Below, piece by piece: positions 43,945 to 53,217 of a stretch of 64,000 nt of DNA. Made by a program: the position numbers and the translations under genes. Within the stretch, counting starts at the first letter, position 1; every line of letters starts with the position of its first letter. Under the pieces are notes generated by a model, which was given only the letters and a program-made list of their open reading frames with translations, was not told where the DNA came from and did no database searches. Source of the DNA: a virus; the IMG/VR virus record IMGVR_UViG_3300027973_000048, positions 10,067-74,066 of that record. One strand, given 5' to 3'.

Positions 43945-44534
43945 TATCTTCCTTTAACTTCGGTATACAGATTTTTTAACTTATATTTTAAAGTTTCGTG
44001 CATGGGCATACTCATTGGGTTGTCGCCTCCACGATAGTTATGTTTAAATGACTGTTTAGGTTTGTTTAAATCATCACCACTTGGCACTGCTGCTGCCATA
44101 CCAGCATATTCTTCATCGGGACTGTTAGAATATTCATCTAATTCTAGTTCTAATTCACCCGCATCATTCTCGTCATGATCTATTTCATGTCCCATGCCAT
44201 GCATGTCATGACCCATATCATCCATGTCATGACCCATATCATGCTCAGGCTCTGAAACTGCAACTACTGCACCTGCTGGACTACTAATTGCATCATCTGG
44301 AGCATCGTCGCCATGACCTTTTAACACATTCAACAAGTCACGAATGCCTTCTGGTCCTGTAGCATTCATACTAACATTCATTGTAATAGGAGGATGGCCA
44401 GCACCACTCATCATGCCCATTCCACCGATTGACGGCATAATACCACACTCTTGAACAGTTTGATTGGATTCTTTTAAAATCTGTTTGTTTTGATCTAAAT
44501 CTGTTATAGTTTGTAATAGTTTTTTGAAATCCAT
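43944..44534 (-). CDS. Acidic His/Met-rich putative head/scaffold protein
   Basis: MDFKKLLQTITDLD..ILKES leader; HDMGHDMDDMGHDMHGMGH. Confidence 0.7.
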   Translation of the reverse strand: MDFKKLLQTITDLDQNKQILKESNQTVQECGIMPSIGGMGMMSGAGHPPITMNVSMNATGPEGIRDLLNVLKGHGDDAPDDAISSPAGAVVAVSEPEHDMGHDMDDMGHDMHGMGHEIDHDENDAGELELELDEYSNSPDEEYAGMAAAVPSGDDLNKPKQSFKHNYRGGDNPMSMPMHETLKYKLKNLYTEVKGR

Positions 44535-45136
44535 TATTCTGTCCTGTTGATTGAACTTAACACACTCTTTAAGAATTGTGATTGTTCCATGTTATGTGCT
44601 TTTTCTGTAGGAGCACTCTTGGCTAATAATTGATCATTAACACCTTTATATTGCTCACCTCTATGGCGGTCTTTACCTAAACTTTTTATAAAACTTAACT
44701 TAGCCTTTTCACCTGCCACTGCTTGATTGTTTACCTTTTCATAAGGTTTATTTAAAATAGCTTCACTTTTAGTGCCTACTCTACTATAACTATCAATATT
44801 ATATTCTATTTCTTCTTGCTCTTTTAATGTTCTAACTTTTAAATGAACGGGATTAATTTTTAATTTTTCTGACAAATAAATTGCTAACTCGTGACTGGTC
44901 ACTGGATACCCACAAGTAACATCATACAAATTAACTTGTATGTTTCTAAGCTCGGGAAAATCCATTGGGGTCTCAGCAATAGGTGTTCTCATTGTTTTAG
45001 TTACAGTGGTGCATTCAAACTTTGAAAGAGCAGTTTTCATATTCTCTTCAATTTTATCGTCAACGTCACCGGCAATTTTAACCTTAAATTCGTAGGTTTT
45101 AATGCTTTCTATTAGGTATTCCTTAAATATGCTCAT
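44534..45136 (-). CDS. Putative head protein
   Basis: N-terminus MSIFKEYLIES resembles the T4 capsid-targeting sequence; TAAATA upstream at 45160-45155. Confidence 0.7.
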   Translation of the reverse strand: MSIFKEYLIESIKTYEFKVKIAGDVDDKIEENMKTALSKFECTTVTKTMRTPIAETPMDFPELRNIQVNLYDVTCGYPVTSHELAIYLSEKLKINPVHLKVRTLKEQEEIEYNIDSYSRVGTKSEAILNKPYEKVNNQAVAGEKAKLSFIKSLGKDRHRGEQYKGVNDQLLAKSAPTEKAHNMEQSQFLKSVLSSINRTE

Positions 45137-45157
45137 AATCTTTCCAATATGCTATAT

Positions 45158-45634
45158 TTATTTAATATTTTTAAGTTTTTCCAATAGACTATTCCTATCA
45201 GCTACAATGTAACCATTACCTGGAATATCTAAACCTTTAGTATTATCAGAATTGGCTTCTTGATCGATTTTTTGTTTTTTCAACTGTAGCTCAATCATTT
45301 TAAGCTTTTTATCAATCTTAGCGGCTTTAGCATCAATAGCATTCTTAAGCATAGTACCAGCAACTTCAAAAATACGTCCACTGTAACGTGCTTCCACATT
45401 CATACCTAAATCCATAAGATCATCATAAGCATTAGTGGCACGATCTGCTAGAGCATCAAATTCTTTATCACTTATGTCACCTAAGCCTTTGACCTGAGGC
45501 AATGCTGCGGAGATTTTATCAAATTCTTCCATGTCTCTTAAAAAAGCTTCTGGCTTTTCTGCCTTTTTAGCTTCTTCCTTGACAATTTTTTTATTTTCAG
45601 GTAAATTTAATACTTCTTCTAATTTTTTAGTCAT
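45158..45634 (-). CDS. Terminase small subunit (gp16-like)
   Basis: 158 aa helical protein with ARYSGRIFEVAGTML; near terL; late promoter. Confidence 0.6.
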   Translation of the reverse strand: MTKKLEEVLNLPENKKIVKEEAKKAEKPEAFLRDMEEFDKISAALPQVKGLGDISDKEFDALADRATNAYDDLMDLGMNVEARYSGRIFEVAGTMLKNAIDAKAAKIDKKLKMIELQLKKQKIDQEANSDNTKGLDIPGNGYIVADRNSLLEKLKNIK

Positions 45635-45641
45635 ACCTTAT

Positions 45642-46079
45642 TTATCTTGCTCCGCCTTGGTGGAAAATATCTGTCTCATTTAACACACGAAATTTTAACC
45701 CATGACCTTTACACCATGCTGTGGCTGCAGCCCATTTGTATTGATTAACAATAAATTGTGCTTGTCTAGCTGTATTACGTCCAACTCTTTCTAAAAGCTG
45801 TTGATTTTGTGGTTTAATTTCAATAACTTCTGAAAGTAAATTATTATTTTTGTCTAGGTACTGTATGAAAAAATCTGGCACATATACAGTAACACGCTTA
45901 GTTAAAGGATTTTGATAGGGTATTTTTATACTTTCACTGGCCCATTTTTGTATACTAGCATGGCTATCACAAAAATTCATAAAGGCAAACTCCCAACTAC
46001 TGCGATATGTTGGGCTTTTTATGCCTATATATTTTTCTGGAAACTTGGGAGTAAATTTACCTTTAGCAAACTTGCTCAT
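45642..46079 (-). CDS. Head completion nuclease (T4 gp4 / TnsA-like)
   Basis: YRSSWE, WASE, YVPDF, IEIKP and KWAAA. Confidence 0.9.
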   Translation of the reverse strand: MSKFAKGKFTPKFPEKYIGIKSPTYRSSWEFAFMNFCDSHASIQKWASESIKIPYQNPLTKRVTVYVPDFFIQYLDKNNNLLSEVIEIKPQNQQLLERVGRNTARQAQFIVNQYKWAAATAWCKGHGLKFRVLNETDIFHQGGAR

Positions 46080-46438
46080 ACCAATATATTACGATTTTCA
46101 AAAGTATTACTATTATTACTGACTTTATACCCTAATACACTAGTTTGAACCCTATAATAATTTAATACCTCTGTAACTACTTGACTTAGTTGTGTATCAT
46201 TTAGATTTTTAAGATTGTCCAACACTTCAAAAATATTAACGCCATCTAATTTTGCTTGATTTAATAAGACAATACCTGTACTACGAGCAGCTTGTTCACC
46301 AAACCCTCTTTTAATAAAAAACCCTAGCACAGCATCAATTTGATTACTGGGGAAAGTAACCTGACCTAAAAAAAACTTATCAAAAAATGTTCTAACTTCC
46401 TGACTATTTAATGAAGTGTCTAAGGGTAAATTACTCAT
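46076..46438 (-). CDS. Hypothetical virion-region protein
   Basis: 120 aa in the structural operon. Confidence 0.7.
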   Translation of the reverse strand: MSNLPLDTSLNSQEVRTFFDKFFLGQVTFPSNQIDAVLGFFIKRGFGEQAARSTGIVLLNQAKLDGVNIFEVLDNLKNLNDTQLSQVVTEVLNYYRVQTSVLGYKVSNNSNTFENRNILV

Positions 46439-46441
46439 ATT

Positions 46442-47524
46442 TTATCCCATACCGCCTATTTGACTAGGTGTAGCTGTAGTTGAATTATTAGGCTTTTTAG
46501 ATGGAAAAAATGTATCTTTTAATCCATTAACAGCCAGTGCTGTTCCTGCAACGGCTGCACCTGCCAATAATGCACTGCCCTCAGAAGCAATCCCTGCTTT
46601 GGTCAATCCTTTAGCATTTTGATATGTATTAATTGCCGCAAAACCAGCAGTGAAATAATCACCCTTACTAATACTATCAGCTACACTAGAGATTCCTGCT
46701 AATACACCGCCAGTGCCAAATATTGTTTTAGAGCCGCCACCTGCTGGACTTAATGGGCTTGGTAACTTATCATAATGATCTTTAGCAAATCCTATGACAT
46801 TATCACCTTCAATAGCCCCTACATCATAAGAAACTGCTTCATATGCTATTGTCATAGTACATTCAGCACTTCCGCCAGCTTGCTCTGCACTATTTGGACT
46901 ATCATGATTAAACGCAGTAACTAAAGGGTTGATCAATGTATAACTGTTATATTCTCTTTTATTAAGTTGATATAATACTATTCGATTAAAAAAAGGTATT
47001 GACGAGTTATTATCAAATCCATAATTAACATTAATATTTTCTGGACCTTTTGTAGCATTTCTTTTATAAAATTGGCTTTTAGCTACTAAAGGATCTGAAT
47101 AATAATAAGAATAATAATTTTGCCAAAGTCTATTAACTATATGAGCTCTATCATCATGAAATTTAAAAATCATAGGCTGATGCTCATGTGTTAATTGAAC
47201 TACTTTTTTACGATTATATTGATTTAAAGTTGCTGTCCTAACAGTAAATTTAGGAAGATCAACACCTTTAACTAAAAGGCCAATCTCAAATTGATGACGA
47301 TCTTTTAGACTTGTATCACGCAACGCCCCTTTGTTTATATCAAAATATACATGATATAAAAACTTTGCTTTGGGTGCTAATCTAAAATTATCATCAACAA
47401 AAGTCCTAGAAGCATGTTGCCAATCACCAAGCTGGCCTTTAGGTTTAAGAAGACCTTTTGCTGTATCTTTTAGATTGAATCCAGCACCAAGAGTATTTAA
47501 TAATGAATTAAATTTACTAGCCAT
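46442..47524 (-). CDS. Tail-tube-fold baseplate protein (gp48/gp54-like)
   Basis: VKGVDLPKF, NQYNRK, FHDD and MTIAYE resemble the tube fold; next to the tube gene. Confidence 0.65.
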   Translation of the reverse strand: MASKFNSLLNTLGAGFNLKDTAKGLLKPKGQLGDWQHASRTFVDDNFRLAPKAKFLYHVYFDINKGALRDTSLKDRHQFEIGLLVKGVDLPKFTVRTATLNQYNRKKVVQLTHEHQPMIFKFHDDRAHIVNRLWQNYYSYYYSDPLVAKSQFYKRNATKGPENINVNYGFDNNSSIPFFNRIVLYQLNKREYNSYTLINPLVTAFNHDSPNSAEQAGGSAECTMTIAYEAVSYDVGAIEGDNVIGFAKDHYDKLPSPLSPAGGGSKTIFGTGGVLAGISSVADSISKGDYFTAGFAAINTYQNAKGLTKAGIASEGSALLAGAAVAGTALAVNGLKDTFFPSKKPNNSTTATPSQIGGMG

Positions 47525-47530
47525 ATAGTT

Positions 47531-47538
47531 TATTTATA
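47531..47538 (-). promoter_or_regulatory. T4 late promoter TATAAATA
   Basis: Exact TATAAATA 6 nt before the ATG of 47524. Confidence 0.7.
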
Positions 47539-47571
47539 GTATTTGATAAAGTGCTATTATAACTAGCCAAT

Positions 47572-47596
47572 AAAAAAGGGTCCGAAGACCCTTTTT
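47572..47596 (-). terminator. Rho-independent terminator after tail tube gene
   Basis: AAAAAGGGTC-TTCG-GACCCTTTTTT (cUUCGg loop). Confidence 0.85.
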
Positions 47597-47610
47597 AAAA
47601 TAAAGATCTA

Positions 47611-48234
47611 TTAACCGCCACCTGTGGCCATTGTTCTTAAAGTTCTTCCAACGTTTGCACCAACTCCAGAACCTTGTGGAGTTTGAATACAGTTGTCTGG
47701 CTGAATTGACAAGTCAATTGTTGACGGCGTTGCTTCAGAATAACTTAAATTTTGATAGTTTGCACTTACAATATAGCAACCATAACATTCCCAAGTTTCT
47801 AAAATGTTAGCATTCCATATGCCGTTACCACCATCTAGTACTTCAACTTTCATTGTGAATTTATAATCTGTACCGCTGGCTGCTGATGCTTGCTCGAAGA
47901 AGTCAAATTGCTTCTGCATCTGCTCACCAATCATCTTACTTACAACACCAGTGGCATCATCACGTAAAGTAATAGTCATAGCCTGCCATGTTGGTTTTCC
48001 AGCATAGTTAATTTTACTGTTATAAGTTTCAATAACTGTATTTGCAAACTGTACGTTTGGCTTGGCTGCTGTTTGTACTTGTTTGGTTAATTCACTAGTT
48101 GGTGTACTGACTCCAAAATTCTCAAATAAAATCCTAAAACGGTATTTGAGTTTTGGCATCAATGTGCCTTGACTGCTAGCACTACTATCTGTAGCTAGTG
48201 GTACTGTAAATCTATTTAATGTTGCAATTGACAT
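47611..48234 (-). CDS. Tail tube protein (gp19-like)
   Basis: PKLKYRFR, YAGKPTW...TLRDD and WECYGC; follows the sheath gene. Confidence 0.85.
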   Translation of the reverse strand: MSIATLNRFTVPLATDSSASSQGTLMPKLKYRFRILFENFGVSTPTSELTKQVQTAAKPNVQFANTVIETYNSKINYAGKPTWQAMTITLRDDATGVVSKMIGEQMQKQFDFFEQASAASGTDYKFTMKVEVLDGGNGIWNANILETWECYGCYIVSANYQNLSYSEATPSTIDLSIQPDNCIQTPQGSGVGANVGRTLRTMATGGG

Positions 48235-48262
48235 AATTTATAAGCTCCGTTATAGTTATTTA

Positions 48263-51200
48263 TTATTTTAGACCACCAGTACTCTTTATGCGTAATGGTA
48301 TGTAGATAAATTCAACAGCCTTAACTGGTACTATGGCCACATCAACATACAACTCATTCTTATCAATTCTGCTTGGTGTATTATTAGTATCATCACAAAC
48401 TACAAGATAATCATATAACGCTCTTTGACCAACTAATTCAAGCAAGAAACTTTCAATACTGTTACTAATTTCATCTCTTGTAAGTTTATCATTTGGCTCA
48501 AATACATATGGCTTAGCAATAATGTCTAACTGTCTACGCATATAAACAATCAATCTTGCTACGTTGATACGATCCAATGCACTAGCGTTCTTAGCACGAG
48601 TCTTCTGACCATAGTTAACTAACCCAACACCTGTGAAGAATGTAATTGGATTGATCTTTGCATCATATAATGTATCTCTTTGACCATTATTCAATGCAAT
48701 AACTTTAAATTCGCCTTCATCGTCAACATAGCCCACACTTGTAGCATTTGTAATGCCGCCACGTCTTGTCCCAGCTGGAGCAAACCATGGATAGCTAACA
48801 TTGTCACTTAATGCAATAGTTCTTAAAATCATGTGACTTGGCGGCACAACAATGTTGTTACCAATATTATCGCTGGTGAATCCCCATGGATAGAATAGAG
48901 CCAAGTATTCATCATAACTTGGTGCGCCAATATCATTGTCTTCTACTGCTAGACGTAGGTTAGTACCCCATGTCATTAAGCTAGTAGCATCTGGTAATAA
49001 TCTTGGTGGTGTATCACCTACAACAAATGCAGTTAGCGCACGATCATAATTCAATGTGATCATCTCGCCAATTAACTCTGGATATCCAGGGCAAGCAATT
49101 AAGTTGAACACTCTTGCTTCCTCACGAATATCTGTTGAACTGTTAATTGTTGCTTGTAATGCTTGAACTATAACTTTACGTTGTGCTTTACGACCAAATG
49201 ATCCACTGCCATCATCTTGATTAGCACTTACTGTAATCCAGCGATGTGGATAATAATCAGCCATTGATTCATCGCCATATCTTATATTGTCATCATCAAT
49301 ATTAATATAGTTACGCACAAATTTCTTAACGTTGAAACCGCTTCTACGTAGATTCCATAACAACATGCCTTTTGGATATAATGCAGGATCTGGAGCATCA
49401 ACGTCAACATAATCACTGACTAATAAATCAGCAATGTCGCCTGGTGCATCGCTGTTCATTCCAGTAGTATTATAACGTACATCGTCAAATAGTACACCAT
49501 CTTGTGTGCTCTGATCTGTGACATCCTGCTCGACCCATTTCTTAGCAATAGGTCCTGACTTTGCTTCGTCAAATTTATAAATTCTAGGGAAGTTTTCTAA
49601 ATCACTAGTATCAATCCATACGTCGCCATTACGTAAAGATGTTCCATCACTTTGTAATAAAGGAGCAGTTGCACTAACTAATGGACCCATTGGATCTGTT
49701 TGTTTATCAACTGTTGAATTGTAATAAGGACTGGTTGAATGTAAATACCCAACCCATTTACTTCCATTGTGAACTAAGATATCCACTTCATCAATAACGC
49801 TGCTATACCATAATGTACCATCTGCTGTCAATGTTGAAGGACTATCTTTACCAGCGCTAAGTCTTAATGGCTCCCATAAGCTTACTATATAACTAGTATC
49901 ATCAACAGATGTATATGCTTCACGAACATTACTGTTGTCTAGGAACCCTAATGCACTTAATAAGCCATTGTATTCCTCACCAATTCTAAAATCACCGCCA
50001 TATTTATGGCTAATAGTAATTCTTCTTTGTGCATCAACAGTAGCTTGAATATTTACAAGACCAGCAGCATTGATAGTACCAGCAATGATGTCTGCATCAC
50101 CTGCATCACCATTCAATTCAAATTCCACATATACTGTATCAGATAAATCACCTGAACCAACTAAACCTTCTTTAAACGCAATGCCTTGACCGCCTTCAAA
50201 CTCTGCCCAACCAGCAACAATTTTCTTACTGATAATACTGTTTGGTCCTTGCATTGACTTTCTAAACAATCTAAAATCAGCAGCATTTGGACCAAAATCA
50301 CTACTAGTTTCAGTGGTATTTGTTTGACAATAAACTGTACCAGCAGCAATATTTACTCCGCCGCCACTTCTATCTAAACCAAAAATTGCAGCATGGCCAG
50401 TAGCGTATAAAGGTGCTATAATTTTATCAAAAGCTTCTGTTACTACATTGTATTTCTTTAGTGCTAATTTTGCACCGCCTTTAGGCTCAGTAGTTCTAAT
50501 CCAAAGACTGCCTGTTCTTGCTCCTTCATTAGTGCCTGGTGTTTGACCACTTACAAACACTGGAGCAAATTCTGGAGCATTGGTTAATGGCTGAATGGCC
50601 AAAGTTGGTGGAGAGTAAATTCCCGGTGTTAATCCTAAAACACTACATGCACTACCACTAATTGAAAATGGTTGACGCCCTACTGCATATAAAACTATTA
50701 CATTATTCTGTACTACTGCAAGAACTCCATTATCATAAAAATTTAGATTGATCTTTGTGGCCACTTCTTGTAAAGAAATAGTACCTGGATTATCAGCTTC
50801 TCTGAAAGTAATAGCTGGTTGCCCATTTACTGCAAATGTTGTTCCAGCACCTGCACCAAGTGGAACTGCACTGGTTAATGTTGAAACTGCTGCTGGCCAA
50901 CTCATTGACCAATCCTCACTGCCCACTGCAACCCATGTGCCTGCGTCAAGACCTGCATCATATCCTACTGCTTCATTTCTCCCTGGACTCTTATAATATA
51001 GTACATCAGGCTGATCATAATCAGTATTCAAATCCATTAAACTTACAATGGCATAATCACCAATTACACCAACTGAAGTTTTTGGAGTATAATCACCATC
51101 TGCATAATCAACAACTTTGGCAGTGTCTGTAATAACTATAGGAGTTTTTGCTGCAAACTTTTGGCCAAGTTTATTGGATCTAGGAGCATTATTCCACTCA

Positions 51201-51643
51201 AAAATACCCCAACTTGAATTGGCAGTATCTAACCAATATGTACCACTTTCTGGTTCAGCAGTTGGAGCTTCTGATCTAGCATTTAAGGCCTTAAGGTCAA
51301 TGTCTGCTCTTACTACATATGCTCTGTTACTGACACCTAATAAGCTATATGCTGCTTGTAAACCATATTCATTTTGTTCACCTGCATGAATTGGATTGCT
51401 ATTAGCATCAGTCTTGAAAATTGGTGTTCCAAATGTTTCTGCTAGATCACGCTGACTTGTAATTAAGTATGCTTTACCTGCATTAGACTTTAATGTGCCT
51501 GTGGCAATACCAGTATTAGCGGCATTTTTCTTGTTTTCTTCGGAAGCTACAAGGATAAATGGTACTGTGCTTGGTGCTGCTGGAGCATAAAAACTTTCGT
51601 CAATAACTGTTACGGCGACGCCTGGTGAATTTAATTGGGCCAT
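48263..51643 (-). CDS. Tail sheath protein (gp18-like) with large insertion
   Basis: SPGVAVTVIDES N-terminus; PWFAPAGTRRG, INPI, GQKT, LDRINVARL and FEPND; 1126 aa. Confidence 0.93.
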   Translation of the reverse strand: MAQLNSPGVAVTVIDESFYAPAAPSTVPFILVASEENKKNAANTGIATGTLKSNAGKAYLITSQRDLAETFGTPIFKTDANSNPIHAGEQNEYGLQAAYSLLGVSNRAYVVRADIDLKALNARSEAPTAEPESGTYWLDTANSSWGIFEWNNAPRSNKLGQKFAAKTPIVITDTAKVVDYADGDYTPKTSVGVIGDYAIVSLMDLNTDYDQPDVLYYKSPGRNEAVGYDAGLDAGTWVAVGSEDWSMSWPAAVSTLTSAVPLGAGAGTTFAVNGQPAITFREADNPGTISLQEVATKINLNFYDNGVLAVVQNNVIVLYAVGRQPFSISGSACSVLGLTPGIYSPPTLAIQPLTNAPEFAPVFVSGQTPGTNEGARTGSLWIRTTEPKGGAKLALKKYNVVTEAFDKIIAPLYATGHAAIFGLDRSGGGVNIAAGTVYCQTNTTETSSDFGPNAADFRLFRKSMQGPNSIISKKIVAGWAEFEGGQGIAFKEGLVGSGDLSDTVYVEFELNGDAGDADIIAGTINAAGLVNIQATVDAQRRITISHKYGGDFRIGEEYNGLLSALGFLDNSNVREAYTSVDDTSYIVSLWEPLRLSAGKDSPSTLTADGTLWYSSVIDEVDILVHNGSKWVGYLHSTSPYYNSTVDKQTDPMGPLVSATAPLLQSDGTSLRNGDVWIDTSDLENFPRIYKFDEAKSGPIAKKWVEQDVTDQSTQDGVLFDDVRYNTTGMNSDAPGDIADLLVSDYVDVDAPDPALYPKGMLLWNLRRSGFNVKKFVRNYINIDDDNIRYGDESMADYYPHRWITVSANQDDGSGSFGRKAQRKVIVQALQATINSSTDIREEARVFNLIACPGYPELIGEMITLNYDRALTAFVVGDTPPRLLPDATSLMTWGTNLRLAVEDNDIGAPSYDEYLALFYPWGFTSDNIGNNIVVPPSHMILRTIALSDNVSYPWFAPAGTRRGGITNATSVGYVDDEGEFKVIALNNGQRDTLYDAKINPITFFTGVGLVNYGQKTRAKNASALDRINVARLIVYMRRQLDIIAKPYVFEPNDKLTRDEISNSIESFLLELVGQRALYDYLVVCDDTNNTPSRIDKNELYVDVAIVPVKAVEFIYIPLRIKSTGGLK

Positions 51644-51673
51644 TGTTCGATTTCTCCTAAATCTTACTCATTG

Positions 51674-51681
51674 TATTTATA
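51674..51681 (-). promoter_or_regulatory. T4 late promoter TATAAATA for sheath
   Basis: Exact motif upstream of the AGGAGA RBS. Confidence 0.7.
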
Positions 51682-51737
51682 GTAAATGGAGAAAATCTTT
51701 GAGTTTGACTCTAAACTAGAGGATAAAAATCACCATT

Positions 51738-52349
51738 TTAAATCAAAATTTCAACTCGACGATACAAGTTTTCCACACTGTCATTATTGTCTATGACAAG
51801 ATCAAACTCAGTACCAACCCAACTCCACTCACTGGCATGAATTGCCAAGTCTTCTAACTGCTTTTTCTGCTCTAAATCACCTTTGTTAGCTGCCAATGCC
51901 AAAGAATACCAACTAGGCAACATGCCTCTTTGTACCCAAACTATAGTGCCGCCTGCATTTTTAATGGCTGCTATTTCATTTGGAAATCTACAGTCACTGA
52001 CTACCACATTATCTTTGGTATTTTTTAATTTATTTTCTAAACTGGCAATCCAAATATCATCATTAAACCCATTGCGACAAACCTCAGTGCCCCAATATTG
52101 TAATACCCATCTTGGAGTAAGATTAGGCATGCTCAATCGACTAGACCACCATGGATCTACCTGATCACGCCACTCTCTGCTTTGTTTTGTTCTGCCTTCT
52201 AGCATATCCCTATCCCAACCAAATACGGCTGAAACAGCGTCTTTTAATGAACTGGCAAAACTTTCACGCCTAAATTCATGAAAATTTACCAAGTAGTCTG
52301 CTATAGTATCCTTGCCGCTGCCAATAAATCCACAAATACCAATTATCAC
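51738..52349 (-). CDS. Deoxynucleoside monophosphate kinase (gp1-like)
   Basis: GFIGSGKDT, FASSLKD, PRWVLQYWGTE, DCRFPNE and HASE; GTG start after AGGAG. Confidence 0.92.
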   Translation of the reverse strand: MIIGICGFIGSGKDTIADYLVNFHEFRRESFASSLKDAVSAVFGWDRDMLEGRTKQSREWRDQVDPWWSSRLSMPNLTPRWVLQYWGTEVCRNGFNDDIWIASLENKLKNTKDNVVVSDCRFPNEIAAIKNAGGTIVWVQRGMLPSWYSLALAANKGDLEQKKQLEDLAIHASEWSWVGTEFDLVIDNNDSVENLYRRVEILI

Positions 52350-52367
52350 AAGCAACTCCTTTTTGTA

Positions 52368-52396
52368 ATAATAAAGTAATTTATAATCTAAGTCAA
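52368..52396 (-). promoter_or_regulatory. Sigma70-type promoter for dNMP kinase
   Basis: TTGACT-17-TATTAT. Confidence 0.55.
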
Positions 52397-52403
52397 ATAT
52401 TAA

Positions 52404-53177
52404 TTAGCCAATGACGAAATAATAGCCTTCTCTTGCACCGCCAACAAACATGTCAAGATCCTTTTCCAACTTCTCAACTTCCTCTTTGCCAGCTGATTTT
52501 AAGTCAGTTCCATTCAATCCACCTGCTCCACCTGGGCCTGCAATTTGACCAAATTTACTACGTGCTTCACCTAAAATTACCTTGCATGTGGCTAATGTAT
52601 AGTCTTTGAACCATTGAGCAGCATAGGTGTCTTTGAGCAAATGATCATCAGGTCTATAGTTATATCCTCTGATTAAAATTTGCTCACCCTCGCCATATGG
52701 ACGTTGTAATATTCTCAATGTATGAGTGGTTGGCATCCACTGAAATTCAATAAAAGCACCAAACATACGCCCCACTAATTTTTGATATCCTGCAAACATT
52801 TCATATGTGGCTATACCGCCCAACATGGTGCTGTTTAACAAATATGTGTTTGTATAAGCCAAATTAAATGGTTCAAAATTGGTGCCACCACTACCGCCTG
52901 CTGTTCTAGATCCAATGGTTCTACGGTAAACACTACGCACTTCAACTATTTCTTTTGGAAGAATATAATCATTAGTATCCATTTTAAATTCTAAAAAGTA
53001 ATATCCTTCTTCTACGCTGTTGCTACTGCGTTGTCTAAACTTGGCAAGAGCTTTATTCAAAGCTGTTTCATAATGAATTGGGTCCAATTCCACATCTACC
53101 ATGCCATCGCCCAACATGGCTTTACAGTATCTGTAAACGTTTTCCCTTTCTTGAACGATAGTAGTATCTGGTGCCAT
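52404..53177 (-). CDS. Neck protein (gp13-like)
   Basis: LGDGMVDVEL, ILGEARSKF...GPGG..LNG; divergent from the gp14-like gene. Confidence 0.8.
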   Translation of the reverse strand: MAPDTTIVQERENVYRYCKAMLGDGMVDVELDPIHYETALNKALAKFRQRSSNSVEEGYYFLEFKMDTNDYILPKEIVEVRSVYRRTIGSRTAGGSGGTNFEPFNLAYTNTYLLNSTMLGGIATYEMFAGYQKLVGRMFGAFIEFQWMPTTHTLRILQRPYGEGEQILIRGYNYRPDDHLLKDTYAAQWFKDYTLATCKVILGEARSKFGQIAGPGGAGGLNGTDLKSAGKEEVEKLEKDLDMFVGGAREGYYFVIG

Positions 53178-53192
53178 ATTAGTTCTCCCCGT

Positions 53193-53214
53193 ATATTTAT
53201 CAGCTGATAAATAT
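53193..53214. promoter_or_regulatory. Back-to-back late promoters forming a 22-bp palindrome
   Basis: ATATTTATCAGCTGATAAATAT; TAAATA on both strands. Confidence 0.7.
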
Positions 53215-53217
53215 CAT

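Noticed and set aside
51690-51737. Short inverted repeats between dNMP kinase and sheath
   Set aside because: Stems are only 4-5 bp in AT-rich DNA and cannot be distinguished from chance.
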